Below are positions 54,694 through 64,000 of a stretch of 64,000 nucleotides of DNA, piece by piece. The first letter of the stretch is position 1. Each line of letters opens with the position of its first letter. The notes below the pieces were generated by a model that made no database searches, had not been told where the DNA came from, and saw only the letters and a program-made list of their open reading frames with translations. The translations under genes and the position numbers were made by a program. The stretch is taken from positions 4,759 to 68,758 of the forward strand of contig JAUWWC010000001.1 in NCBI GenBank assembly GCA_030617105.1, written 5' to 3'. This DNA is from Candidatus Nealsonbacteria bacterium (GTDB taxonomy: Bacteria > Patescibacteriota > Minisyncoccia > Minisyncoccales > GWA2-38-27).

Positions 54694-56114
54694 GCCTGGA
54701 AATACATGTAGAGCTTAAGACAAAGAGTAAGATGTTTTGTTCTTGCAAGAATGACCCAGACGAGAAAAGGCCTAATTTTAATATTTGTCCTGTTTGCACT
54801 GCGCAACCAGGTAGCTTGCCAGTTATTAATAAGGAAGCAGTAAGAAAAACAATAAAAACCGGGTTAGCTTTGAATTGTTCTATTCCTAAAGAATCAAAAT
54901 TTGATAGGAAAAATTATTTCTATCCTGATTTGCCAAAAGGTTACCAGATATCTCAGTATGATAAGCCATTCTGCAAACAAGGATTTTTGGAAGTTGATGG
55001 TAAGAAAATCCGTATAACAAGAGTTCATCTTGAAGAAGATACTGGAAGATTAGTTCACGAGAAGGGCAGTTCTTTAGTTGATTTTAATAGAGCTGGGATT
55101 CCTTTAATGGAAATGGTTACTGAGCCAGATTTATTTTCAGCAAAACAGGCAAAGAAATTTGCTCAAGAACTAAAATTAATTTTAAGATATCTTGATGTTT
55201 CTGACGCTGATATGGAAAAAGGCCAGATGCGGGTTGAAGTGAATATTAGTTTGAGCAAGGATAAGAAAATGGGGACAAAAGTAGAGATTAAGAATTTGAA
55301 TTCATTTAGAAGCGTTGAACAATCTATTGATTATGAAATTGAAAGACAAGCAGAGCTTTTAGATAAAGGGGAAAAGATTATTCAGGAAACTCGTGGCTGG
55401 GATGAGAAAAAAGGAAAAACAGTCAGTCAGAGGGAAAAAGAAGAAGCTCATGACTATAGATATTTCCCAGAGCCTGATTTGCCAACAATTCATTTAGATA
55501 AGAAGTTTGTTCAGGATATTCAAGGAGAAATCCCTGAACTTCCTCAAGCAAAAAGAATAAGATTGGCTTATGAATATAATTTAGATGAAAAGGTAGTTGA
55601 GATTTTCACTTCTAACAAAGATTTAGGCGAGTATTTTGAAAAAGTAATGTCAGAATTGAGCAATTGGTTGAAGAAAGTTGATCAGCAGAGATTAGTTAAG
55701 CTTGCTGTAAATTATATTACTACTGATTTTTGGTCATTGTTTGGAAAAGCTTCAATTTCTGAATTAGAAGATAAAATTACTCCAGAGAATTTTGCTGAAT
55801 TGGGTAGTTTGATTTATAAAGGAGAAATATCAAGCAAGATTGCTAAGCAGGTTTTGACAGAAATGTTTAAGACAAGAGCTGATCCTTCTCATATTATTGA
55901 AGAAAAAGGTTTAACTCAGGTAACTGATATAAAAGAGATTGAGGGAGTTATTAAAGATGTAATTTCTAAAAATCCCAAAGCAGTTGAAGATTATAAAAAA
56001 GGAAAACAAAATGCCCTGCAGTTTTTAGCAGGGCAGGTAATGGTCGTCACTCGCGGCCGCGCCAAACCAGACATAGTGCAAGAGTTATTGAAGAAACTTC
56101 TAGCAAAAAGCTAA
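54672..56114 (+). CDS. gatB: Asp/Glu-tRNA(Asn/Gln) amidotransferase subunit B
   Basis: [25 protein letters not shown] N-terminus, 480 aa. Confidence 0.85.
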   Translation: [480 protein letters not shown]

Positions 56115-56133
56115 AAACCAAGTTTCAAAAATC

Positions 56134-56168
56134 AAAACCAGGTTTCTGACGAAGTGAAACCTGGTTTT
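56134..56168. terminator. perfect 13-bp hairpin (AAAACCAGGTTTC/GAAACCTGGTTTT) between convergent gatB and miaA
   Basis: read directly; T-rich on both sides. Confidence 0.7.
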
Positions 56169-56176
56169 TAGATTTT

Positions 56177-57070
56177 TCAGAAACTCGGTTTTGCTTTTTT
56201 GATAACTTTAATAGCTTCCTTATAATCCTTAATCCAGTAAATTCTTTTATCTCTTTTGAACCAGGTCATTTGACGTTTGGCAAAATGTTCGCTTTCTTTT
56301 TGAATTCTATCTGTCATTTCTTTTTTAGTAATTTTGTTTTGAAGATATAAAGCGATATATTTATATTCCAAACCAAACTCTTCCAAACGTTTCCAAGAAA
56401 CACCTGATTTTCTTAACTTTTTAACTTCAGCTATCATTCCTTGCTTTAATCTTTTTAATAATCTTTTTCTAATTCGTTCTTTAAGTTCTTCAGGGTCTTT
56501 TTTTACACCAAGTATTAAAACTTCAAATTGAGGTTTATTTTTTTTGAGCAATGGAACTGGTTTTTTAGTTTTAATAACAATTTCTAATGCTCTTATTAAT
56601 CTTCTTTTATTTTTACTTTCAATGCTTTTAGCTCGACGAGGATCAAGCTTTTTCAGCATTTTAAAAAGTTCTTGGATACTTTTCTTCTCAAGCTTTTTTC
56701 TTAATTTCCAGTCTGGTTTTATTGAAGGAATAATAATGCCGTCTATTACTGCTTGGATATAAAAGCCGGTTCCTCCAACTAAAAATGGGATTTTGCTTTT
56801 CTTTTGTATTTCATTTATTGCTTTTAGAGCCAGTTTCTTATATTGAGTAACAGTGAATTTTCTTTTTGGAGATGTGACATCCAAAAGATGATGGGGCATA
56901 CCCTCCATTTCTTTTTTTGTAATTTTGCCGGTTCCAATGTCCATTCTTTTATATACTTGTCTTGAATCAGCAGAAACAACCTCGCCATCAAATTTTTTAG
57001 CAAGTTTAATTGATAAATCTGTCTTTCCTGAAGCCGTCGGTCCCAAAATGACAATTAGTTTGTTTGTCAT
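56177..57070 (-). CDS. miaA: tRNA dimethylallyltransferase
   Basis: IVILGPTASGKT P-loop, ADSRQVYKRMDIGT. Confidence 0.85.
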   Translation of the reverse strand: MTNKLIVILGPTASGKTDLSIKLAKKFDGEVVSADSRQVYKRMDIGTGKITKKEMEGMPHHLLDVTSPKRKFTVTQYKKLALKAINEIQKKSKIPFLVGGTGFYIQAVIDGIIIPSIKPDWKLRKKLEKKSIQELFKMLKKLDPRRAKSIESKNKRRLIRALEIVIKTKKPVPLLKKNKPQFEVLILGVKKDPEELKERIRKRLLKRLKQGMIAEVKKLRKSGVSWKRLEEFGLEYKYIALYLQNKITKKEMTDRIQKESEHFAKRQMTWFKRDKRIYWIKDYKEAIKVIKKAKPSF

Positions 57071-57147
57071 ATTCTTAAAAGTATGTTATGTTTTAATTAG
57101 AAGCTCTTTAACATCAATATAACGATTAAAATACAAGGAGATAAAAA

Positions 57148-57504
57148 ATGGAAAAGTTTGGATCTTTTATAAGCGTTTTGCTTGGTCTCTGTGTTGTTAT
57201 ATTTATTGCTCCTTTTTTATGGTTATTTCTTTTTTTCTTGGGATTATTTGTTGGCGGTTCGTTAGCTGAACATTTGAATAAACATATTAAAGGGAAGTTG
57301 ATTCAGAAAATGATTACCTTTTTTATGGTTTTATTCTTTTTGTTTCTTGCTCTGTGGATTATCATCATATGTATTTCAAACCTAAATTGGATTTGTGCTG
57401 TTGCTTTTGTTGCTATGTTAATTTTTACCTGTTTGCATCTGTGTGTTTTCGGTTGCGTTCTCGGTTTTGTTTCATTAAAGAAGGGAGTGCGAAAGCTGTT
57501 CTAA
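57148..57504 (+). CDS. small membrane protein (118 aa, Cys-rich TM segments)
   Basis: 3-4 hydrophobic segments; AGGAG SD. Confidence 0.4.
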   Translation: MEKFGSFISVLLGLCVVIFIAPFLWLFLFFLGLFVGGSLAEHLNKHIKGKLIQKMITFFMVLFFLFLALWIIIICISNLNWICAVAFVAMLIFTCLHLCVFGCVLGFVSLKKGVRKLF

Positions 57505-57525
57505 TTCAGAGCAGCTTTTTTCTTT

Positions 57526-58524
57526 TTAGGTTCCAGGCAAGGGCGTTGGTGATTTTTGTTTTAAGGTTTTTTCTAAGATTTTTTCCCGGCGTTTTTTTTC
57601 TTTTTGAGAAACATTATCTTTTAATTTAGCTGCTGCTGTGCCTGATCGGGGAGAATATCTTGAAATATAAGCTATATCATATTTGATTTCTTTAAATAAT
57701 TTTACTGTATTTTCAAATTGCTTTTTTGTTTCTCCAGGGAAACCAACAATTACATCTGTTGACAAGTTTATATTTGGAATTTTGCTTCTGATTTTCTTAA
57801 CTAATTTTTTATATTGGGCAACTGTATAGGGTCGATTCATTTTCTTTAAAATTTCATCATCTCCTGATTGAACCGGCAAATTTAAGTATTTTGCTACTTT
57901 TTTGCATTCTGCCATTGCTTTAATTAAATCATCTGAAAAATCCTTTGGATGCGAAGAAGTAAATCTTATCCAAAACTTGCCAGGTATACTGTTAATTTTT
58001 CTTAATAGTTTAGAAAAGGGGATATCTGAATAAGAGTTTACGTTTTGTCCCAAAAGCCAGATTTCTTTATATCCTTGCTTAACTAATTTTTTTACTTCAT
58101 AGATAATTTCATCAGCTGGTCTTGAAATTTCTCTTCCTCGAGTATATGGAACAACACAATAAGCGCAGAAATTATTACATCCAGTCATTATCGGAACAAA
58201 TGCCTTAATATTATCTGAGTATTTTTGTTTATTTTTAGTAAATTCTTTAATATCAATAATTTCATCAAAATATTTACTAAACTTTTTTCTATCTTTTTTT
58301 AAAATACATCCAGTTAAGATGCTCTTTTTCTCTTTTATTTTCGGCAGTAAACCATAAACTCTATCAACTGCTGACTGCCTCACCGAGCACATATTCACCA
58401 CAACTAAATCAGCTTTTTTAATATCTAAAGCTCGTTTATATCCTTTATTTTCTAAAACCGCTGCAATCTTCTCTGAATCTGCTTTATTCATTTGGCACCC
58501 AAAAGTAACTAAAAAGTATTTCAT
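57526..58524 (-). CDS. radical-SAM methylthiotransferase of the MiaB/RimO family, short form (no obvious TRAM domain); start trimmed to MKYFLVTFGCQMN
   Basis: UPF0004 N-domain FGCQMN; CNNFCAYC radical-SAM motif. Confidence 0.75.
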   Translation of the reverse strand: MKYFLVTFGCQMNKADSEKIAAVLENKGYKRALDIKKADLVVVNMCSVRQSAVDRVYGLLPKIKEKKSILTGCILKKDRKKFSKYFDEIIDIKEFTKNKQKYSDNIKAFVPIMTGCNNFCAYCVVPYTRGREISRPADEIIYEVKKLVKQGYKEIWLLGQNVNSYSDIPFSKLLRKINSIPGKFWIRFTSSHPKDFSDDLIKAMAECKKVAKYLNLPVQSGDDEILKKMNRPYTVAQYKKLVKKIRSKIPNINLSTDVIVGFPGETKKQFENTVKLFKEIKYDIAYISRYSPRSGTAAAKLKDNVSQKEKKRREKILEKTLKQKSPTPLPGT

Positions 58525-58578
58525 ACAAATCATTTTACAATAAAAAAACAGCCCTTTCAAGGGCTATTTTTAATGTTA

Positions 58579-60162
58579 TCAATGTATCTTCTCCTTTTTT
58601 TCTTTGAGAAAGTAGCGCCATTGTTCAATGAATTCCACAAAAACAGCGAATGGCATATCTATTAACGCGCTGAAAAAGACAGCTATTACATTGTATCTTT
58701 TCCATTTATTTGTAAGCCATTTTCCTAATTGAATAACTGGAACAGCAAATGGGTCAATAAAGAAATGGAATAATGTTTCTTTTTCTTCAATTACTTGCAG
58801 CTCTTTTGCTCTTTGTCTGATTTTTGCTCCAGCAAAAGCAATCAATGATAAGAAAACAACAAATATTACATAAGAGAGGGGAGGGAAGTTTACTTGGTAA
58901 AGGCCCCACACTATTAGAGCAAGAATAGCAATGAATCCTAAAAGATAGAAAAGATTAATAAAGGCCTCAAATATAATGTTTCTTTTTCTGAATTTCTTTA
59001 TTTCATAAACATCTTTTTCATCTTTTCCATAAACAGTTTTCATAACTTCCATTAATACTTTGCCAAGATTTTCTCTTTTGGGCGGTTTAATTGTTATAAC
59101 TAATAAAAACATTAAAAAGGTGGGGCCTAGAATATCTATTGTGATAGCACTGGGTTTAAAGAAATATCCAGTAATCCATATATTAAAGGGCATTTCTATG
59201 AGCAGAAGAGAAACAATATTAGTAAGAAAAATTGATAAAGTTGCATAAAAAGCAGCTCGTCCTAATCTTTTCTTTAATGTTTTAACTCTCTCATTGTAAT
59301 GAGCTGTAATTAATGCTTCTAATAATTCTGGGTCTGAAAGTTTTTCTTTAGCTTCTGTTGGATTTTTAGAAAGAACATCTCCTAAAAGCAGAAAAGGGGT
59401 ATCATATTTTTCGCAGATTTGGTAAAACTTATCACTTAGAGGATGACTAAGATCTCTTTCTATGTTTTCTTTGACTGAATAAATATTTTGATTTGCCCAG
59501 TCAGCATATTTGTGTTTAAAAAGATGATAACTAATTACCGGAGCATCTAATTTGAACAGAGCCCGTTGCACAGCAATATATGTTTGAGTATTCTTTTCTT
59601 GTTCGCTAATTTTGATTTTTTCGCTTAGTTTAATTCTTTGATTTATTATTTCAAACATATAGGTAATAAGAGCTCTCTCTTTAATAGAAGGGCTGAGAAT
59701 TTCTTCTATTTCGCATGCAGCAATTCCTGAAATCCAGCTGTAGAGTTGGAGTTTTGACTTTTTAGGGCCAGATTGAGCTTGATTTAGAATAAAGATATAT
59801 TTATCAATTGTTTTTTGAACTTCTTGAATTTTTGATTCTTCAATCTTGTCGTTTGGAAAATGACCGCCTCTAATCAATTCTAAAACCAGGGGTTCGGCAA
59901 TTAGTTTTTGAGAAAAGTTTCCATTACTTAAATCTAATTGAGAAAAGAGTCGTCTTTTTAGAATCCTTTCAATTGCTCTTCTTTTTAAAAGATGCTCTTC
60001 TTTCCAGTCAATAATCCCTCTTATCTTTTCATAAAAAGCAGCTACTTTTGAAGCAACTTCATCAACATGAATAGTAGTTATTCCTTGTTTTGGCTGAAAG
60101 GATTGATACCACTGCTGATATCTGGATATTAGTTTTTGAGTTGGTTGGGATAATTGGGTCAT
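58579..60162 (-). CDS. hypothetical protein: ~300-aa cytoplasmic N-domain plus C-terminal polytopic membrane domain (527 aa)
   Basis: ORF, 5-6 C-terminal TM segments; 4-nt overlap with thrS start; no family recognised. Confidence 0.5.
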   Translation of the reverse strand: MTQLSQPTQKLISRYQQWYQSFQPKQGITTIHVDEVASKVAAFYEKIRGIIDWKEEHLLKRRAIERILKRRLFSQLDLSNGNFSQKLIAEPLVLELIRGGHFPNDKIEESKIQEVQKTIDKYIFILNQAQSGPKKSKLQLYSWISGIAACEIEEILSPSIKERALITYMFEIINQRIKLSEKIKISEQEKNTQTYIAVQRALFKLDAPVISYHLFKHKYADWANQNIYSVKENIERDLSHPLSDKFYQICEKYDTPFLLLGDVLSKNPTEAKEKLSDPELLEALITAHYNERVKTLKKRLGRAAFYATLSIFLTNIVSLLLIEMPFNIWITGYFFKPSAITIDILGPTFLMFLLVITIKPPKRENLGKVLMEVMKTVYGKDEKDVYEIKKFRKRNIIFEAFINLFYLLGFIAILALIVWGLYQVNFPPLSYVIFVVFLSLIAFAGAKIRQRAKELQVIEEKETLFHFFIDPFAVPVIQLGKWLTNKWKRYNVIAVFFSALIDMPFAVFVEFIEQWRYFLKEKKEKIH

Positions 60163-61844
60163 ATTTTATCAATAAATTTGTCAATCTTCATTTCTCCAAT
60201 GTCGCCTTTTCCTCTTTGTCTGATTCTAACTGATTTATTTTCCATTTCTTTATCTCCGACAACTAAAATATATGGGATTTTCTGGATTTCACCTTGCCTG
60301 ATTTTCTTAGAAACTGTTTCATTTTCATCTTTCACTTCTATCCTAAAGAGATTTAGTTCTTTTTCAACTTCTTTGGCATATTTTTTGTGGCGAGCGCCTA
60401 CCGGGATTATCCAGATTTGAACAGGAGAAAGCCATAAAGGTAGAGCGCCTTCATAGTGTTCCAATAAAACACCAATAAACCTTTCCAAAGAGCCTAGTAA
60501 AGCCCGATGAATTAGAATTGGTTCTTTCTTTTTACCTTTCTTGTCAATATATGAAATATTAAATGCTTTTGGCAGGTTAAAATCAATCTGGAAGGTGCTG
60601 CACTGCCAGGGTCTTCCTATAGAATCTTTGATTTTTATATCAATCTTAGGACCGTAAAAGATTCCTCCTTCAGGGTCAGTTTGATATTTTAGTTTTAATT
60701 TGTCACAGGCGTATTTTAAGGAATTAGTAGCTTTTTGCCACATTTTCAGAGTACCCATGAATTTCTTGGGTCTGGTAGATAAATAGATCTCATAATCTTT
60801 AAACCCAAATGTTTTAAGAATTTTAAGTCCATACTTTAACATTGAAGTTAGCTCATTGCTTAATTGGTCAGGAGCACAAAAGATGTGAGCATCATCCTGG
60901 GTAAAGCCGCGAACTCTGGTTAATCCATGCAAAACTCCTGATTTTTCGTATCTATAAACAGTTCCTAACTCAGCAAACTTTATAGGCAAATCCTTATAAC
61001 TTCTGATTTTTGATTGATAAACTTTAATATGGAAAGGACAGTTCATTGGTTTTAGTAGATATTCTTCTTTATCAATTTTAATAGGGGCGTAGATGTTTTC
61101 TCTGTAGAAATCCCAGTGTCCAGAAGTTTTCCAAAGAGAAAGTTTGCCAATATGAGGAGTAGTTAGCCATTCATAACCCTGAGAGGTTAACTCTTCATAT
61201 AAATAGTTTTCAATAATATGACGGAGAATAGTTCCTTTGCCATGCCAGAGAGGAAGACCAGCCCCAACTTCTTCATTAATGCTGAATAGTTCTAATTTTT
61301 GTCCTAATTTTCTATGATCTCTTTTTTCTGCTTCTTGCTGGATTTTTAAATATTTATCCAATTCTTTCTTCGTTTCAAAAGCAACTCCATAGATTCTGGT
61401 GAGCATTTTATTTTTTTCATCACCTTTCCAATAAGCACCAGCAAGCTTTGTTAACTTAAATGCATTTGGATTTATTTCTTTGCTTGACTTGACATGAGGC
61501 CCCTTGCACAAATCAATAAAATCTCCTGTCTGATAAATTGACAGAGACTTGGTCTCTGATAGCTCTAATTTGTAGGGTTGAGTTTTGAATATTTTTTTCG
61601 CTTCTTTTTTTGAGATTTTTTTCTTTTTGAATTTAATATCTTTTCTAATTATTTCTTTCATTTTCTTTTCAATCTTTGGTAAGTCAGTATCAGAGATTTT
61701 TAACTTGTCAAAATCATAATAAAAGCCATTTTCAATCGCTGGCCCAATGCCAAACTTCACTCTAGGATAGAGTTCCTTCACAGCAGCTGCTAAAATATGC
61801 GCTAAAGAATGACGAATAATATCAAGTTTCATATATTTCTTCAA
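60159..61844 (-). CDS. thrS: threonyl-tRNA synthetase, short form lacking N-terminal TGS domain
   Basis: HSLAHILAAAV editing-domain start; class II core; anticodon-binding C-domain. Confidence 0.85.
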   Translation of the reverse strand: MKKYMKLDIIRHSLAHILAAAVKELYPRVKFGIGPAIENGFYYDFDKLKISDTDLPKIEKKMKEIIRKDIKFKKKKISKKEAKKIFKTQPYKLELSETKSLSIYQTGDFIDLCKGPHVKSSKEINPNAFKLTKLAGAYWKGDEKNKMLTRIYGVAFETKKELDKYLKIQQEAEKRDHRKLGQKLELFSINEEVGAGLPLWHGKGTILRHIIENYLYEELTSQGYEWLTTPHIGKLSLWKTSGHWDFYRENIYAPIKIDKEEYLLKPMNCPFHIKVYQSKIRSYKDLPIKFAELGTVYRYEKSGVLHGLTRVRGFTQDDAHIFCAPDQLSNELTSMLKYGLKILKTFGFKDYEIYLSTRPKKFMGTLKMWQKATNSLKYACDKLKLKYQTDPEGGIFYGPKIDIKIKDSIGRPWQCSTFQIDFNLPKAFNISYIDKKGKKKEPILIHRALLGSLERFIGVLLEHYEGALPLWLSPVQIWIIPVGARHKKYAKEVEKELNLFRIEVKDENETVSKKIRQGEIQKIPYILVVGDKEMENKSVRIRQRGKGDIGEMKIDKFIDKI

Positions 61845-64000
61845 CTTGTTCTGCTATTATTTTAGGTATGTTGTTTCGGTCGTCAACTCTTCCTGAAATA
61901 AAGACAATTTTGTTTTTTTGAAAAACAGTAGGATTTCTTTCAATTACTCCTGGGAAAACCACTATCTCTGTTTTATCAGTTAAGTCCTCTAATTTAACAA
62001 AAAGCATTGGCTGGCCCTTGCGAGTAATAATTTTTTTAATCCCAGAAATTATTCCTCCAACTCTAACCCTGGAATTCACCAAGCCGTTCTTGATTTCAGC
62101 CAAAGATACGGTTTTTCTCTGAAGAATACTTTTAAAATCTTCTAAAGGATGAGAGCTCACATAGAGACCTAACAGTTCTTTTTCCCAGCTTAGTTTTTCA
62201 AAGTTTGTTGCTGGAGCAGCTTGTTCCAAATTTATATTATTACTAAAAGCATTTTCATCAAAAAGACCTTTTTGTCCGTTCATTCTGCTTTTTTGAGATT
62301 CTTTTGACCATTCTAACAACCTTTCTAAATTATGCAATAATTTATTCCTTTCTGCAAATTCATCAAAGGCTCCAGCTTTAATCAAACTCTCTAATGACTT
62401 TTTATTTAAATCTTTGGAATTAACTCTTTGAACAAAATCTTCAATGCTTTTGAAACGACCATTGTTTTTTACTTCTTCAACAGTCACATCAATTACATTC
62501 TCACCAACATTTTTAATAGCCAAAAGCCCAAATCTTATCTTATTCTCTTTTGGAACTACTGTAAAGTTTTTCAAGCTTTCATTAATATTCGGAGCAAGGA
62601 CCTCAATTTTCATTCTTTTACATTCTTCAATTAAAACAGCAGTCCTTTCAATATCTATTTTTTCAGAGGTTAGAAGAGAAGCCATAAATTCAACTGGGTA
62701 ATGAGCTTTCAGATAAGCGGTCTGATAGGCAATAGTGGCATAGGCCGTAGAATGACTTTTATTAAATCCGTAATGTGCAAAAGGTAAAACCCATTGCCAG
62801 ATTTTTTGGGCAACATCTTCTTCAATCCCATTTTTTATCATTCCTTTAATGAACTTTTCTTCCTGGCCGTGAAGCAAGCTTTCTATCTTTTTCCCAACAG
62901 CTTTTCTTAAAATGTCAGCCTCAGCAAGAGTGAAACCTGCCAATTGCTGAGCAATCTGCATTAACTGTTCCTGAAAAATACAAATACCCTGAGTTTTTTC
63001 TAAAATTGGTTTTAGTTTGGGATGCAGATATTCTATTCTCTGTTTTTTATGTTTTCTAGCAATATAGTCAGGGATAAACTGGATTGGACCTGGTCTGTAA
63101 AGCGCAATCATAGCAACAATATCTTCAAATTCAGTAGGTTCTAATTGCTTTAAATATCTTGTCATTCCATCACCCTCTAATTGGAATATGCCTTTTGTAT
63201 GTCCTTTTTGCAAAAGTTTAAATGTTTCTCTGTTATCAAAAGGAATATTTTCAATATCCACTTTAAGTCCATTTCTAAGAACATATATTCGTGACAAGGT
63301 ATCTTCTATAATAGTTAGGTTTTTCAGGCCTAGAAGGTCCATTTTTAAAAGTCCTAAGTCCTCAATTGAATGCATTTCGTATTGAGTAACAATGTTTTCG
63401 TCGTTTTGCGTAGGACGTTGAAGAGGGATTAAATTGGAAAGTGGTTGGTCAGATATTACTATTCCGCAAGCATGAGTTGAGGCGTGACGGGCTACTCCTT
63501 CCAGTTTTTTCGCTAAATTAATTAGTTTTTTTGCTTGTTCATCAGTTTGATAAATGTTTTTGAATTCATCAACTTTTTTTAAGGTTTCATCTAAGTTAAA
63601 GCCAAAAGGAATCATTTTTGCAATCTGGTCGCAATAAGAATAAGCATAGCCCAAAGCGCGGCCAACATCTCTAATTACAGCCCTGGCAGCCATTGTTCCA
63701 AAAGTAATTATCTGAGCGACCTTGTCTTTTCCATATTTTTGAGCAATATATTCAATAACTTCATCTCTTCTTCTGTCAGTGAAATCAAGATCAATGTCAG
63801 GCATTGATATTCTTGCTGGGTTTAAGAATCTTTCAAACAAAAGATTATTTTTAAGAGGGTCAACATTAGTGATATTTAGTAGATAAGAAACCAGAGAACC
63901 CGGAGCTGAACCTCTTCCTGGGCCAACAACAATTCTTTGTTGTTTAGCCCAGTTAACAAAATCCTGAACAATTAAAAAATAGGAGGCAAAGCCAGTTTGT
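61822..64000 (-). CDS. dnaE: DNA polymerase III alpha subunit (DnaE), C-terminal ~725 aa; gene continues beyond window end
   Basis: PDIDLDF, fingers/palm motifs, OB-fold C-terminus; ORF open to window edge. Confidence 0.8.
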   Translation of the reverse strand, partial: QTGFASYFLIVQDFVNWAKQQRIVVGPGRGSAPGSLVSYLLNITNVDPLKNNLLFERFLNPARISMPDIDLDFTDRRRDEVIEYIAQKYGKDKVAQIITFGTMAARAVIRDVGRALGYAYSYCDQIAKMIPFGFNLDETLKKVDEFKNIYQTDEQAKKLINLAKKLEGVARHASTHACGIVISDQPLSNLIPLQRPTQNDENIVTQYEMHSIEDLGLLKMDLLGLKNLTIIEDTLSRIYVLRNGLKVDIENIPFDNRETFKLLQKGHTKGIFQLEGDGMTRYLKQLEPTEFEDIVAMIALYRPGPIQFIPDYIARKHKKQRIEYLHPKLKPILEKTQGICIFQEQLMQIAQQLAGFTLAEADILRKAVGKKIESLLHGQEEKFIKGMIKNGIEEDVAQKIWQWVLPFAHYGFNKSHSTAYATIAYQTAYLKAHYPVEFMASLLTSEKIDIERTAVLIEECKRMKIEVLAPNINESLKNFTVVPKENKIRFGLLAIKNVGENVIDVTVEEVKNNGRFKSIEDFVQRVNSKDLNKKSLESLIKAGAFDEFAERNKLLHNLERLLEWSKESQKSRMNGQKGLFDENAFSNNINLEQAAPATNFEKLSWEKELLGLYVSSHPLEDFKSILQRKTVSLAEIKNGLVNSRVRVGGIISGIKKIITRKGQPMLFVKLEDLTDKTEIVVFPGVIERNPTVFQKNKIVFISGRVDDRNNIPKIIAEQVEEIYET

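Noticed and set aside
1-64000. CRISPR array or cas operon to go with the Cas4-like gene
   Set aside because: No regularly spaced direct repeats of CRISPR length were seen anywhere. The only tandem repeat is the 7-mer microsatellite at 47977-48010, and no Cas1/Cas2-like ORFs are present.

Overview
This window looks like a low-GC, gene-dense chromosome segment of a reduced-genome bacterium, probably Candidate Phyla Radiation / Parcubacteria-like (inference from gene content). Its backbone is the spc/alpha ribosomal-protein cluster plus translation and cell-envelope housekeeping genes. The spc/alpha cluster runs L24-L5-S14(Z)-S8-L6 | L18-S5-L15-SecY-Adk-Map ... IF1-L36-S13-S11-S4-RpoA-L17-L13-S9, with no L30 gene between S5 and L15 and several non-ribosomal insertions. 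Other housekeeping genes include murA, two mreB paralogs, frr, rseP, proS, gatCAB, pheST, gyrB, secE-nusG-rplK, a dCMP deaminase/tmk/thyX-like block, miaA, a miaB-like gene, thrS and a partial dnaE. Two tRNAs (Met-like with anticodon CAT, and Asp GTC) lie next to a LAGLIDADG-type homing-endonuclease-like ORF and a ~280-nt structured non-coding stretch. A pyrC-like/pyrD/pyrF/pyrE cluster carries a duplicated promoter and leader. The most unusual region is a ~12-kb accessory island (about 17.2-29.1 kb) between rpsI and murA. It holds a stand-alone Cas4-like Fe-S PD-(D/E)xK nuclease. It also holds a MotA/TolQ/ExbB-family proton-channel protein with a coiled-coil tail, followed by a single-TM partner and a 782-aa anchored protein with TolA/TonB-like architecture. 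Downstream is a family of paralogous secreted proteins, one with a GH17 beta-1,3-glucanase-like domain, and three of these transcription units carry copies of a conserved promoter plus 5'-UTR hairpin element. I read this as a candidate undescribed proton-motive-force-coupled envelope or defence module. All functional calls come from motif recognition by eye; no database searches were run.
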